Assembly (NCBI GenBank): GCA_002633005.1
Contig: NMRA01000122.1
Span: 639,430 to 703,429, forward strand
Length of the DNA stretch: 64,000 bases
DNA from: Phoronis australis
Taxonomy: Eukaryota > Animalia > Phoronida
Direction of reading: 5' to 3'
Shown here: piece after piece, positions 11,701 to 24,973 of the stretch
Layout: each line of letters begins with the position of its first letter
Numbering within the stretch: the first letter of the stretch is position 1
The notes under the pieces: generated by a model
What the model saw: only the letters and a program-made list of their open reading frames with translations
Told to the model about the DNA's origin: nothing
The model's database searches: none
Position numbers and translations under genes: made by a program

Positions 11701-14700
11701 AATATATAATGCTATCTGTTGATTAAGCTGAGTTTTCATTTCCATTCGTTGCCAATGATTTTTCTGTTTTATCCATGTAGTTTAATCTGTGTCTTTGAAG
11801 TGCGTTGAATATTTAGTGGATTGTGTCGCATCATATTGCAGGCAAAGAAATTGGGTCCAGGAACATACAACATCAAAGATTTCTTTGAAATTGCTGATGA
11901 ACGACCAAGGAGTATTCGAGGAATTTGTGCTACACGTGACAATCGATTTAAACAGATTTCAAAAGAGGTGAGTTTGTAAAATCAAGAGAATGTGCGCTAT
12001 TTTTGAAGACAAATTTTACAGCGTGCCTTGTTCCTTTAAAACATGTTTAGTGCTGTAATGAAAGATGTGATTGTGTCAATTGCTTGTGCTCATGTTCTTA
12101 CAGCATTGTGTTAAAATTGATTTGAATTGTTAAAATGGAAATGTTGAGCAGAATTTAGCCTTTTCTTTTAATTTCTTTCAACTGAATTTTGAAAATTGTA
12201 CTTGAGTTGTTTGAACTTCAAGGGTGCCCAGCATCCTCATTGATAATTCGCAAAAACCATGTTTTTCCGTCATTAATCATCAACTTGTTCTCATTTTGAA
12301 ACTTTTCTTGTTTAATATTGCATTAATTGGTATACAAATGACATTGGCAATTTCTGAATTAAGTTTGGCAAATATTGTTTTAGGCTATTTTGCAATAAAT
12401 TCAGAAAAGTGCAGTGTGCCTAACAGTGAATGTTTCTGGTAGCTCATGCATGTGGGGCTTTCTCAAAATTATGCCTCAGTTAGTTGTTAACTTTGAGCCA
12501 TCTAGATATTTTTCTTTTCAGTTCTGAACAACAGAGATGTTTTTCTTTCTCCAGGTCTGAGCGATGTCTATTATGTTCTCTTTCTCTCTCCAGCACACCA
12601 CACCAGGTCCAGGTACATACGGAAAGGGAGGAGTGCCTCACATGGTCAAAGAAGAGAATTATAAGGTCCCCAAAGGTAACATAACTGTCATGGAGGGTGC
12701 TGTAGGAGACAGGAGTCTACCTACTGTGGTAAGTATGGCAGCATTCTCGAGTGTCTGTTACTGCAACTGTTGCTTATTATTAGTTGAGTTTGTTTACTCT
12801 GCTAAGTATGTACTCCATAAATATGTCTCACTTCATTAACATAGAAAAGAAATCAATAACAAAGTAATTGCATTTGAGAATTTGGTTTATTAGTCATCAC
12901 ATAGTGTACATAATGACATTACAGGTCAACAAAGTTTTGAAACTGATTTGAATTTGTGGGTTTCTTGTCCTCTATTAGAAGAACTTAAGTTGTTTGCCAA
13001 AAGTCAAATTACATCACTTTAATGAGCTCTGTTTGTTTTGTTTTACAGGGCACTGCACTTGGTCCAGGTACTTATAACTTCAAAAGTTCTGCTCATCAAA
13101 TGGTAGAGAAAGTGACCAGTTCCCGTGGACCGTACGATTTATTCACTGGTGAAAGGAGTAAACCTATTATGACTGGTCATCTAGCCAAACCTGTGAGTAT
13201 ACTGTTTAAAGCATTTACACTAAAAATAACTTTTCAGGAAAATTCAATTTGCATGGTTTGTATGGCGTAGTTATTATCAAACAATATTTGGTAAAATTTT
13301 AAGCATGTTCAAAATAGAAATATATAGCAGTTTCAGCGATTATTGTTGTCCAGATTTGAAGAATTTTTGCAGTAGTTGTGTATTGTGCTGGGAGTGATTT
13401 CTAACATTTCTTGCCTTGAAAAATTGTTTAATAAGAATGAAAATGTTTCGCAATAGTATACATTGTTGCATACTCTGCCAGTTAGACTTTTGTGAATCAG
13501 TATTAGTTTACAGCAGTTCAGTGATGTATTTATTAGTTGTGTTGTAGAGTCAAAAAAATTGTCAAAAGAGTCAAATAGTTGTTGAACACCTCTCCAATAT
13601 TATGACATTTTCTGGTGAGAGTCATTGTTTTAAACATTTTGTGTGGTTGTTGGTCATATTGTTAAGTAGTGTGGGATGTTATAACATGATGCCCTTATTG
13701 TTATCCAAAATAAATGTTTGTGTTACATTTAGAGATGAAATGTATTATAATAGCGTATTGTATTGTATTGAGTTATATTGTATTGTAATGTATTAGTTTT
13801 AGTAAATTACAAGACAGAGGTCAGTATTGTTAACACAACACTAACTAATTACTGATGTATTTGCCTGCAGAACAATGCTAACCTGGGCCCTGGACAGTAT
13901 GAGTTGGGGTCATTTACAGATGACCAAACAAACAAACACAAGATCAAACATGGGAAATTCTCAACACTGGCAGATCATCACCCGTTGAAAGCCGAGAGAA
14001 TCTTCTGCCACACATTATCTCAGGTGCCAAAGAATCCCGTAAGTATACAAAAACTATGTTATAAAAACACCTCCATTAAAAAAATCACAATTCTTTGAAA
14101 TATCAAATAAAATCATGGTTTAAACACAACCTTTTGCTTTACTCTAAAAGTATCTTCAGGTACACAGAATGAAGTGAAACATTGTGTTTCACCATGAATC
14201 ATAATGTGAGTTGCAGTAATTTTAAGTGTAAAGGACATTTGTTTCAAAAGACTCCAGTTATCATTAGCTACATAATGTTAACTCTCAGCCATGACCTAAT
14301 TTAACTACAGCCCAAAAGTTCTGCAGAGGTAACAAGGACTAGCAACAAAGGATGACATGCTCTGGACTGCAACATGCACAAGAATTCCTGTTCCAATGCA
14401 GCTGATTCCTTTTCCTGCACAGCTGAAAGACTTATGTCCCTTACTAAAGTATCTGATGCTGAGGTTACCTCTCATAATAGAGCATGAATTGGCATGTATG
14501 CCCCCACCCCAGACACCTCTTATTTGTCACTCTCCGGTTGGGTCATCAGCCAGTCATTCACGGCACAGATTGCTGGAAATGAAATTGATTCAGCTGAGCC
14601 GACCTTAACTGCTGGTGGGGATGCATTCACACCCCTCTTGCGCTACAAACGAGACATTGTAAAATCCAAGATCTTTCCGGATGCATAAATGTCAGTTTGA

Positions 14701-16749
14701 CAAATTCATATACTGACTAATTATTTTACCAGATCCAGTTGTGTTGGTTTATTTACAACTTTCCATGCTTCATTTCTGAAATCTGTTGGATGTAGGCTAT
14801 TCTGTCACACTCTGACTTGTCTTTTGTAGAATTATCCTGGCCCTGGCGCATACGAAATGGTCACGTTATCAAAGCCCACGGCAAAGAAATCCCCTGGGTT
14901 CTTGTCGTCTGCTCGGAGGGATGATAAACGCTCGCAGCAGTTCTTCACTCAAAACTTTGTAAGTTTCAATTTTGTTAACTTATGAGAAACGTATTTATTC
15001 AAGATATGCCATATATGAGAAACTGTAATGTTCAAATTTCACAAAGGTAAAAGTAATGTTACAATGTTATGCCATCACATGTTTATTACCTTGCCACAGG
15101 CATTCTCTGTCTTTATATAATCTGCCTCCTAAAAGATTTCAGTGTAATTTTATGGATTCACTCTGCAACCTCCCGGTAAAGTCATCCTTCTAACATGCAA
15201 TATTTACTGATAACATTTCTTTAAATGCATCATTTATGCACCAAATTGTCATGCCTTGATATCATTCATTATACTGTGAAAGTCTTCATTGGTTGCTTTC
15301 AGATTCAATGATTTTTTATGCTTTTAGCAATTTTGAATATTTGTGAACTCTATTTCATTTGTGAGTCCATTCTTATGAAATTTATTTTGTGGCCAAAGCA
15401 ATCACATCTCAAATTAGCCTTCAATTGTGGTGGCCATCAGAAATGATATCTCTGCCATTCAAAGATAAAAAAAATTCTGGGACACTGTTTCCTTGGTAAT
15501 GACAGTAATTGTACACATGAACTGAAGTCTCTCACAGTTAATTGTTTTTAGAAATCCGTGTGCAAAGCAAAATATTACAGATTTCACAAAAATGATGGCA
15601 AGGTGATTATAAACGATTTTGTGACATTTCAAGACATGAATTAAAATTCTTGGTCATTGAGGATTTAGAGAATAATGTATACTTCTCTGGGTTAAAATGG
15701 ACAGTTAAAACGTTATTAGGTAAAATGTGTAAGAACGGACAGACAATTATCTTAAAATCTTCAGCAAATCAAGAATGTGGATGATGCAAAGGATCAATTA
15801 TTTGACCCATGCTTACAGATTGTGTAAAAACAATTTTATTTGTCTGCTGTACAAAACAAATAATAAGTTATTGGCCCTGATTTTATATTCCTTTCTGATG
15901 ACAAACATTTTTAAGTGTGCTCTGCACACCACGCCACACCACGCATGTTCCTTTCTGGTGTTATGATCACTAGTTTATGACCCCCACTCCTGATGTTGTA
16001 AATCTTATTCCTAATGTCACGACCCTTTCTGTCTGAGGTCACGACCCTTATTTCTGATGTCATCTCTCCTGTATGTCTATAGAATCCAGTTGGTGCAGGT
16101 CGATATGACGTTCAAAAGTGGGAGGAAGCCCAACACAGGAATGGTCACAGCAGCGTCTTTGTATCCAAGACACAAGGCATGAGTCTGCCCAGGAGGAAGT
16201 TCCTACAGTAAGGCATTATTCTACTTCACTGTTTTAAAGCCTCTTTTTGACTTATTGAGTTCTCATACAACAGTAATAACAACATTAATAACGAAAATGA
16301 TCAAAAGTAATAGATTATGCGACAAAAACACTTTTGTACGAGTTGGACATGTTTGAGCATATAAATCCATGTCAATGATTTTCACAATATTCACTATGAT
16401 TGTTAGCATTTATTAATTATTCTGCAATTTTTTGTTGATGCCAGTAAATGCACACGCTTTGATATTCATTACACCCATTAAAATGACTTTTTATCACTTA
16501 TGCTGCAAAAATGGATTCAACATTTTATTTTATTTTTTTGCAAAATGTTGAGGTGTGTAAATGGGCAAAAAATAATATTCACTGATGATAACTTTTACAC
16601 CGATCTTTTCCAGGGAGAGAATTCGTGGTAAAGATATTCAAGTTAAAGACAGAATCTTCATGGTAAAGCCAGAACACCCTGACATGTATGTAGCCAGGAC
16701 AGACGCTCATAATGCCTATATTGCTCGCCGTGCTGCCACTATTGCGTGA
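8701..16749 (+). CDS. CIMAP2: Ciliary microtubule-associated protein 2 / lymphocyte expansion molecule (C1orf177-like), 423 aa, 10 exons
   Basis: Exons 8701-8750, 10303-10390, 10816-10986, 11842-11967, 12594-12728, 13049-13192, 13871-14038, 14830-14958, 16083-16207, 16614-16749 (1272 nt, all GT-AG, frame continuous). Peptides FKGAPFGTQKARFDVSAVHP, LGPGTYNIKDF, PGPGTYGKGGVP, RGPYDLFTGERSKP, KHGKFS, NPVGAGRY, QERI align with human LEXM/CIMAP2; multiple (P/L)GPGxY SHIPPO-type repeats. Confidence 0.93.
11005..11200 (+). repeat. Degenerate ~44-bp tandem repeat, about 5 copies, CIMAP2 intron 3
   Basis: Recurrent core AATGGCT(A/G)G(A)TTTAAAGA. Confidence 0.6.
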
Positions 16750-16770
16750 GCTTGGATGTTTCGAAATTGC

Positions 16771-17040
16771 CTGTATACAGTATGCAATGTAACTGTACCT
16801 TGACTTCTGTAAGTTGTATACAGTATGCAATGTAGCTGTGCCTTGACTTATGTAAGCTGTATACAGTATGCAATGTAGCTGTGCCTGTGACTTATGTACT
16901 AAGCTGTATACAGTATGCAATGTAACTGTGCCTTGACTTATGTAAGCTGTATACAGTATGCAATGCAACTGTGCCTTGACTTATGTAAGCTGTATACAGT
17001 ATGCAATGTAACTGTGCCTTGACTTATGTAAGCTGTATAT
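16771..17040 (+). repeat. 43-bp minisatellite, about 6 copies, immediately after the CIMAP2 stop
   Basis: Unit CTGTATACAGTATGCAATGTAACTGTGCCTTGACTTATGTAAG starting at 16771, 16814, 16857, 16904, 16947, 16990, partial at 17033. Confidence 0.95.
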
Positions 17041-17170
17041 CATAGTTGTGGAGGAGAGAAGCTTTAATAGATTTTTCATCATCACTATGCAAATAGATTT
17101 TAATAAACATACTTTGCTCTAAATGTACTTGTTATTTGCATTTTTTCTCATGATAAAACAGTTATTGTTG

Positions 17171-17304
17171 AATGTACTATTCATGTGAAATATCTTGAGG
17201 TTAAATGTACTATTCATGTGAAATATCTTGAGGTTAAATGTACTATTCATGTGAAATATCTTGAGGTTAAATGTACTATTCATGTGAAATATCTTGAGGT
17301 TAAA
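17171..17304 (+). repeat. 33-bp perfect minisatellite, 4 copies
   Basis: AATGTACTATTCATGTGAAATATCTTGAGGTTA at 17171, 17204, 17237, 17270. Confidence 0.95.
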
Positions 17305-18650
17305 TCTTTTGACACTGTATTAATTTTGCTACTTTAATTGTTTTTGAGACGTAATAAAAATTGCTCAAATTCTTTTAGGTTTTATATTAAAATTACGCTT
17401 TTGTGAATGTTTATTTTTATCACAACTTTTGTATAAGTGCCTTTGTCTTATACGGTCACAAAATTTTGATTAGAATTTCATTGACATTTCCATATGCAAA
17501 TCATGTTGTTCTCTTAACAATGTAGTAGAAATTAAGATTTTAAACTATTCATGACTCTTTTAGAGGTTACCTATAGTAGTGTTTTGTATGAATGTACGTT
17601 CATTGTTTTCTAAATGTTATGTTTTCTGTGTATCTAGTCTTGAAATTTAAGAGGTCCATTTTTCTAAACATTTCATTTTGTATATAATGTATTCGAAAGG
17701 TTACATTTCAACATTACACTGTAAATATGTAAATCTTGAACCGGTGTGGAAATATAGATTACAGTCATTTTAAGCCAAGACCAGGCTATCTGTTGGCCTT
17801 GTGATGTGGCCAACAGGTGGCGTGTAGACCAGACTTAAAAATGTTTGTGGTTACACTGTATCATTATTGGGGCTCTCTAGCACTTCTATATTCTGACCCC
17901 TTAACAACCATCTCCTAAGGTACTATGCATTTTGGTGTTTTGGTTAGTTTTGTCACGATTAAAACTGCTTTGAATTAAATGTGATTTTTAACCCATGTCA
18001 AATCAACTGTATTGTTATGAGACTGATAAAGCTTTATAACTGTGCATAATTAATGCATTTCAACTTGCTCAAACTGTTTTTATACATTTACAAATGCATT
18101 GGTTAAAAGTCCACCTGAGTTTTCTTCATGATGTTTTTTTAACCCGGGCAGCGCTCTTTAAATGTGTTATTTTATCAAGTATCTATTGTAAATAAAAATA
18201 ATAACAGAACATATTGTTTTTACTTTGCTATTCTGGCACTGGTCGTTGAAAAGTTTACCCTCAGGGGCTAAGTAAACAGAACCTCCCAAGAAGGCTGGAG
18301 TACACCTGTTATTTTATATCTTTATCAACTATGCCAAGGGAAATATTTTGATGTGTTATTAACAACTTTCAGTTTCCCAACTCTAGTTTCCAAAAACATT
18401 GAGGTTTTTCAACAATTGAAAGGTATCTAAAGTCCTAGAAACAAGTACAATGTCATGATATTTTGGACAGCTGAAGTCTATTCCCTACGCATGGAAGATC
18501 TTTGATACCACAGAAGGATGCATACCATGAACCATACGTAGTTGTTAAATTAATGAAAGATTAATTTTATGTATATATTCACTACATTTAACAGCACAAA
18601 TATCACTCTCTTATAGTAAATTATTACTACTAAATAGCATATTCTCTGAA

Positions 18651-19044
18651 GGCTCTATGACTATTTTTATTTTACTGGGAATTTCCGAAAATGGGCTCAA
18701 AGCCGTAATTTCGGAACATTTTCCAAAAGTGCGTGAATGGGCGTATTTTAGGTAACTGCATGCCTTGAAAATCTCAGTGATGGATTGTTCTGGATTACGT
18801 AGGTAAAAATTTGTTCATTTTGACAAGACATTTTATTTTTAGATCGCAATTTCACTCAAATGACTACAATTTAACGAGATATTGAGTGACTTTGTAATTA
18901 ATCGTATTATCACAGTATGACAGTATGAAGGACAGTTTCCAAAATACGCTCGGGCGTGTACTCGGTTTCAATTGACGTTTTTGAAAGGTAGATTAAACAA
19001 CTGAGTAAAAAGAATACATAGACGAAAAAACAAACAGTCTTTAA
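18651..19044. mobile_element. Degenerate MITE-like element
   Basis: Imperfect inverted repeat CTATGACTATTTTTATTTTACT / AGTAAAAAGAATACATAGAC; right end ...CAGTCT-TTAA. Confidence 0.35.
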
Positions 19045-22000
19045 TTCCGCCAGCTCATAAAGGATTCCGGCCGTAGACGCAAGGCATTTGCGAGAACATC
19101 TTGAGCAATCACGTGCTTCGCAGGGGATATCTGTATAAACAACATTTATTGAGGAACAACGTTAAAGAGATAAATTTGAATAATTCTCATCTACTAGAGA
19201 GTCCTCAAGAATGCTTATAATTTTGGAAATGAACGACGATGTAAATAAATAATGCGACAATGGTCAGAGCGTGCTATATGAGAATGGTTTTCAAGTTACG
19301 GTGAGCAAAGATGCTGAACAGTTTTTCTTAAACTGAAAAGTGGAAAAGATTCCACTCTTACGGCAACAACAAAATGCCTGGCGTTAAAAGTAGCCTCGCC
19401 CCCCCCCCCCCCTCCCCCCGCTCAGTAATGCTAGGACCTCGTTAAAAAGCAAGGCTTCGTGAAATTACATGAGACATTACTGTGTATTTTAGATGAGAAC
19501 AAGTGACTTTGTCTAGATTTTAGCTAGGTCCTAGCGTACTGTAGGTCCAAGCGTTATTGAACGCACGCCTGTATTAGACCAGTACTAAAGGGTTATGCTG
19601 TGAGGAAAGAAAGCATTAGTATCGTGATATTTCTGGCCAGGTACTCCGTTGCGTTACCACGGACTTGAAAACCATGCACACTAAACTGTCCAACGTTATA
19701 ATACTTTTCCATAGGCATTCAGTGGAACTCCGTGAACATCTGACAGGAGGCAGTAGCAAATAGAATAGAAGTGATCCTGGCAGTTTGTGTTTGCATCTTG
19801 AACAGTTTATTTGGAGAGTTAGTTTTGCAATCTGGTCAAAACAGTATAACAATGCATAACATGGGGTAACACACAACAATTAAAGTACCTCAGTTTGCCC
19901 TCCCCCCTGGCCCCTAACCCTGAGAAGGTAAGGGTTATACAACGGAGACTCTGACTAATTTGGAGATGAATTCATAAACATTGTCACTCCAGGATAATGT
20001 TTTATCAAAATATTATAGTTCAAAAGCTGACGGAATGTTTTATAAAATCGTTTGCAAAACGTCTTACATGAAATTCTTGCACTGTGCTGGTATCATATGT
20101 CATATTTATACACTCGCTGATTTGAGCTATGAGCAACATCGTTCAAAAGTTTTGGACTATAAAAGTCATATTTCTTGGCCAATTTTCAAAATTCAAAAAC
20201 CTAATTAATCGTCGTGTACTTTTCATGAACTATCCACACGCTATTTTAAAATGAAAACTTTAAAAAAATACTGTTGTCTTCCCTTTGTTTATGACTGAAC
20301 ACGGACAATTTCGCGCCTGATTATCCAAGTTCATCTTCAGAGAACAACAACATCAGCTGAAGCTGAATGGTTTCTTTGAAGATAAGCGGCGGATTTTAAG
20401 GTAAGCGAACCGGTCGAGTCGATCGGTGCCAGGACAACTTGGTTCTCAACGCTCAAAAACTGACCTCAGTAATATCGCATGAGGGCCTGTGGAGGAGACA
20501 GGATGTCAGGATTCTTTTCATCGTTCGGCCGCCTGCCGATGCACAACTGAACCTTTCTCTGAAGGATAGAAACATTGTTCAACAAGATACTTTCCCCAAT
20601 GTTCCGTAAAGTTGATAATCCGTTTTGAGGCGGAAGGTCTTGACGATTTAGCAGACTTTGTAAGAATTAAATTCTGAAACTTTCGCTAAACGTTTGAACT
20701 ATTTCAGTTCAAAGATTAAACGAACAAGGCGTACTTGGTATGTGTTCTTTGGCAAAAACAAAGGTTTAGTATCCTGAAAATTCGTCAAAGCCAGTCTGAT
20801 TGCGCCAGAAGAAAGTCAACTATCGTTAATCTAAGTACAAAGATTGTAATGACAGATGCCACTGATTCAAAGATAGAAGAAATGTCATGGCTAGTACTTA
20901 CTATACTATTTATGATGACATTCGTTTCTATCAATTATTCATAATAATATAAATGGATAGATTTTAATGACATTTTCTCAAAATCCGATAAACTGGATAA
21001 TTCGAATTTTCCATATTTGAAGCGCTGGTCATCGTTTTTGTCAAAAGTTTCTTAAATTTTACTTCATGGGTATAGGTAAACACAGTACATAACATAATTG
21101 CCGAGAAACCGAGATGACATTATATGTGGCAAGTGCAGTGCTGAAACCAATATAAAAGCTAGATACCATAACAACGATAGGTGTCGCTACTATTTTGCTG
21201 AGTTATTACGGAAGTAACGATTGCCTGGTAGCTTATACGCTTCATATCTTCTATATCAGAACTAGATGAAGCTAAACAAATTAAATGATCAAAGTAGACA
21301 TACGGCAAAATAGTCTTAAATGTGTTAAATAGGGATTGTTCTCTTCGAAATGTATTGCATAATAATTAGAAAATACTTGGTAATAAATTGTGTAATATGC
21401 TTTCATGTTTCTGTTACAATTTCTAACGTCGACAGATGTAGTAAATTACCGTCATTCGAGGCTAAATCGCAATCATTGTTACTCAAAAAATCTAAGTTGG
21501 TTGTTACTTTGTTAAAATTGCTATCTTTCTACCCAAATCAAGAGAATGTCAAAGTTGAAGATGACATCTTCTTGCAAAATAGCGTCTTTGTCCTGAAAAG
21601 TCATAATTGCCATCAAAATGCGGGGGTTCGTTTTTATGAAACAAATAACGCCCGGGTTTGAATCACATGCTGCAGGTGGGCTTACTGCGAACATTGCACT
21701 GTCAAAGTCTCCTTGTGTTTGGTATTAAAGGTACATTATCAGTTTAACGACTGTGTTTTTGGGGATTGTCTTTGAATGGGACAGACTTCTTGAATGTTTC
21801 AAATGTATGAAGTTGGAAATGAAGTGTCGTGATACCCTTCTAGCTTAAAATAGTTAAACCATTTAAAATTGTTAAATCGATTGTCATTAACCTTCGCATG
21901 GAAACTGTAATACGTTGCACGAGAGACATACGTTGGTCAGTACGGTTGAGCAAATCGTTTAGATATATGCGATACCTTTTTTGTACCAAGTAAAAACAGA

Positions 22001-22169
22001 ATGCTTGTTCAGGTATTTGGACGATATCATAAAGGCTCACGATAAGGGTAATAACGAATAGGCCTACAACTATGACCGCAACAACATAAAAAGTTGCTTC
22101 CGAAAGAGATTGCTTACGGATTACAACCAAAACAGCACCACAGTGTAAATTGTCATTTGCCTCTAGGTT

Positions 22170-22278
22170 AGCTCTCTCTCATCATCCTATCTCGCCCTCT
22201 GTATCCCTCCCCTTCTCACCCTCTTCCGTTTCACTCTCTTTTCCTCTCTCCCCTCACGCTCCCCTCCTCTCTCCTCTT
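22170..22278 (+). repeat. Polypyrimidine (CT-rich) low-complexity tract
   Basis: Almost exclusively C/T for about 110 bp. Confidence 0.8.
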
Positions 22279-24973
22279 AAATGAATGACGCAACAGCACC
22301 CCATTTGTGTCATAATAAACAGATAAATGTACACAATGACGATGGTCATAAACTAACAATGAATGGCACGGAGGGCACAAGTAACAGGGTTTCCTATGTT
22401 GAGTTAGGATCCTCATCCAAGACAGCAGAGAATCCCGCTTTCTGTCGAGGCCATTCTACACGGCACAAGTTTTCCTGACTTCGTACATGACTTTTGGACT
22501 AGTGTCTATATACTCCGAATTTTCGTTATTCTACTTTATCTCGAGAAATCTTGTCCGAACGCCTGTTCGTGTACGGCAGTCGTATGCGAAAAAAACGAAA
22601 GCGTGTAAACAGGGTTTTCGACAGGAATTATAACAGGATAGCATCTGCACAGAACCCTAATAGATCTGCCAGTTTCAATGATGCAAAACTCAAATTTTTG
22701 TCCTCATTGACAAAGATGTGAAAAGACACTTCTTGCCGAGCGTCACGAAGACGCTCATCAAAAGAGGATCTTGTACACCTATGTGGCGAGTGCTTCGATA
22801 ACCACTGAGTACCGGTAGCAAAGAACACGCAAAACCCACAACAGGCACAGTTTTGTCAATTTCAATTAGTAAATCCTATTAAAGTATTAACCTACAGAAA
22901 AATCCAACTGGTTACCTGGGAAGGATGTCTTGCATAATACCAGGTGAGTAATGATTTGAGAACCATTGTAACTAATGCGTGCGTTGAAAGGCTAAATGGA
23001 TTTACCCAGTTACCTGTCAACTAATCGTCTCCGTACACAGCACACTTCTCCTATGTCTCTAATTTGACCAAGCAGCAGCCAATCATATTCTCAACAAGAC
23101 TCAGAGACTCATGCTAGTAATGGATTACAATTATTGATTTTTCTACAATTTGAAATTTTCTCCCTTTTTGATTGACACTTCAGATTTTTGTTTTCATTTG
23201 TCTGACTGTCTAGACAATAAAGCTCATCTCCCTGCAATTAATACGACTGGTCACGTGGATAAATTGTTGACCTAATCATCTCGCTAATTTAACACCCCCA
23301 CAATACCCCTATTCTACGTAAGTCACTGTACGTGGAGTATAAATACTTGTTATATAACGATACGCGTCACCAGTGAACAGAGTATCAGCGGTTTACTGAC
23401 AAAATACTCTTACAAAGAGCGGATAATATCCAATTGTCCAATCCTTTTCAATGTTTCCAAACACACAATTCCTAGTGGTGACAGACGAAACGACTCCCCC
23501 GGTTGGTCACAATAGTACAGTAGAATTCCACTAAAAAGCCCAAGGCTCTTGCTAACGCATAGTAGTTATTCGTAAACATCCGACACTCCAACAGTTGAGG
23601 GCGTTCCTGTGCAATTTTTCTATAATATTATTGCGCATAATAGAGGTTTTTAACAAGTTTTAAAAACACTGGTGACGACGTTCTGCGTCCCACACATGTT
23701 ACATGTCCTGAGAACCAAAATTCTCACGTAGGTACATGTATCACGATATGTTCTAATGAATTTTAAGCCCCTCACAAAAGTCGTAACTTCTAGAAATCTA
23801 ACATAAACTTTCTAAATTCATAGCAAAAAGCACAATCCAGTACACACTTCTTGTTCAAAGGCTACAAACCAACTTAGGGCTACATAATAAAAACCAATGA
23901 ATTTAATTCGCATTTAAATCTCCGTTGAGTTCTTTTTGGAACAGTTCCATTAAAATAACTACAAGAGGGGTTATACTTGGGTGGGCGGTCCGTTTTTTTT
24001 GAATAATTTACAAAATAACAATGTAAGAGTGTGCGTCGTTCAAGAAGATGCAATTCTCGTGACTGAAAACGGTCTCACCGAGACCACTTGGCACGAGGAA
24101 ACGAAAACCAATTTCGCTCTGTTTAATTAAAATCAATCAAAAGCTAAAAAGTCTATAGTAGGTTATTTAGGGTTTATGTTTCTCCATAAATGCTGTCAAT
24201 AAGACAAAGTTAATCGTCTTTTGTTGTCCATGTCGACAGCAAGGGCCATTATAGTAAGTGCCCATCTCTGATTCACGCGCACTGTCCGCCGTTCCTTAAC
24301 AAATCTGATATAATTATAGATTCGTGGAAATCTACACGTTAAATGACAAATACCTATTACATTCTCACAATGTGTGGCCCGTCGACAATAGGTCTCCCGT
24401 TGAACGGTGGCTTGAGATCGTTTGTCATATCCGCTACCTGAGGTTCACCTATACAGGTATAGTGGACAGGTTAATTACATGTCACGGTGAACGCCGTCAT
24501 CTCACATTATAATAATGATCGACTGCTGTAATAACGCGGCAGTAGCCACCGTTTTCAAAGAGGCGCAAATTCCAAAGGCACTAGTCACTCGCGACAACGG
24601 GTTACACACTACTTTCACACGGATAAAAGGGGACGCTGCTCTTAACCGAATTATTTTATCACGACCAGTTCATGAGACAAGACTTGTCGAAATCAAAGGA
24701 ACTTTCGATTATTTTGACTGCCTGAGGTTTCCAGATAGAAACCACTTGAGTTGGAGAAGCCTCGCTTTCGTTCTGTTGTGAGTACAGGCTATTAACCACT
24801 GTTTTGAGTAAGGCGTTCAATTGACCAATAAGCATTCAGTCCGTGTGCATTGTATTGGAGTGATTTAGCTCAAGTCAGTCGGCATTGACAGTCGCTCCGT
24901 AACTCTCTGGATTAAACCGGTGTCTACAACATGTGAAGACGGTCTGTTGGAGACCTAGATAAAGATATATAAC

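Noticed and set aside
16579-16968. 129-aa repetitive minus-strand ORF
   Set aside because: Translation of the 43-bp minisatellite plus antisense of the last CIMAP2 exon.
16771-17304. CRISPR-like arrays
   Set aside because: Head-to-tail repeats with no unique spacers, no cas genes, eukaryotic context. Same for 55920-56163.
22281-22478. 65-aa ORF after the CT tract
   Set aside because: No recognisable motif or splice linkage; could be a uORF or chance.
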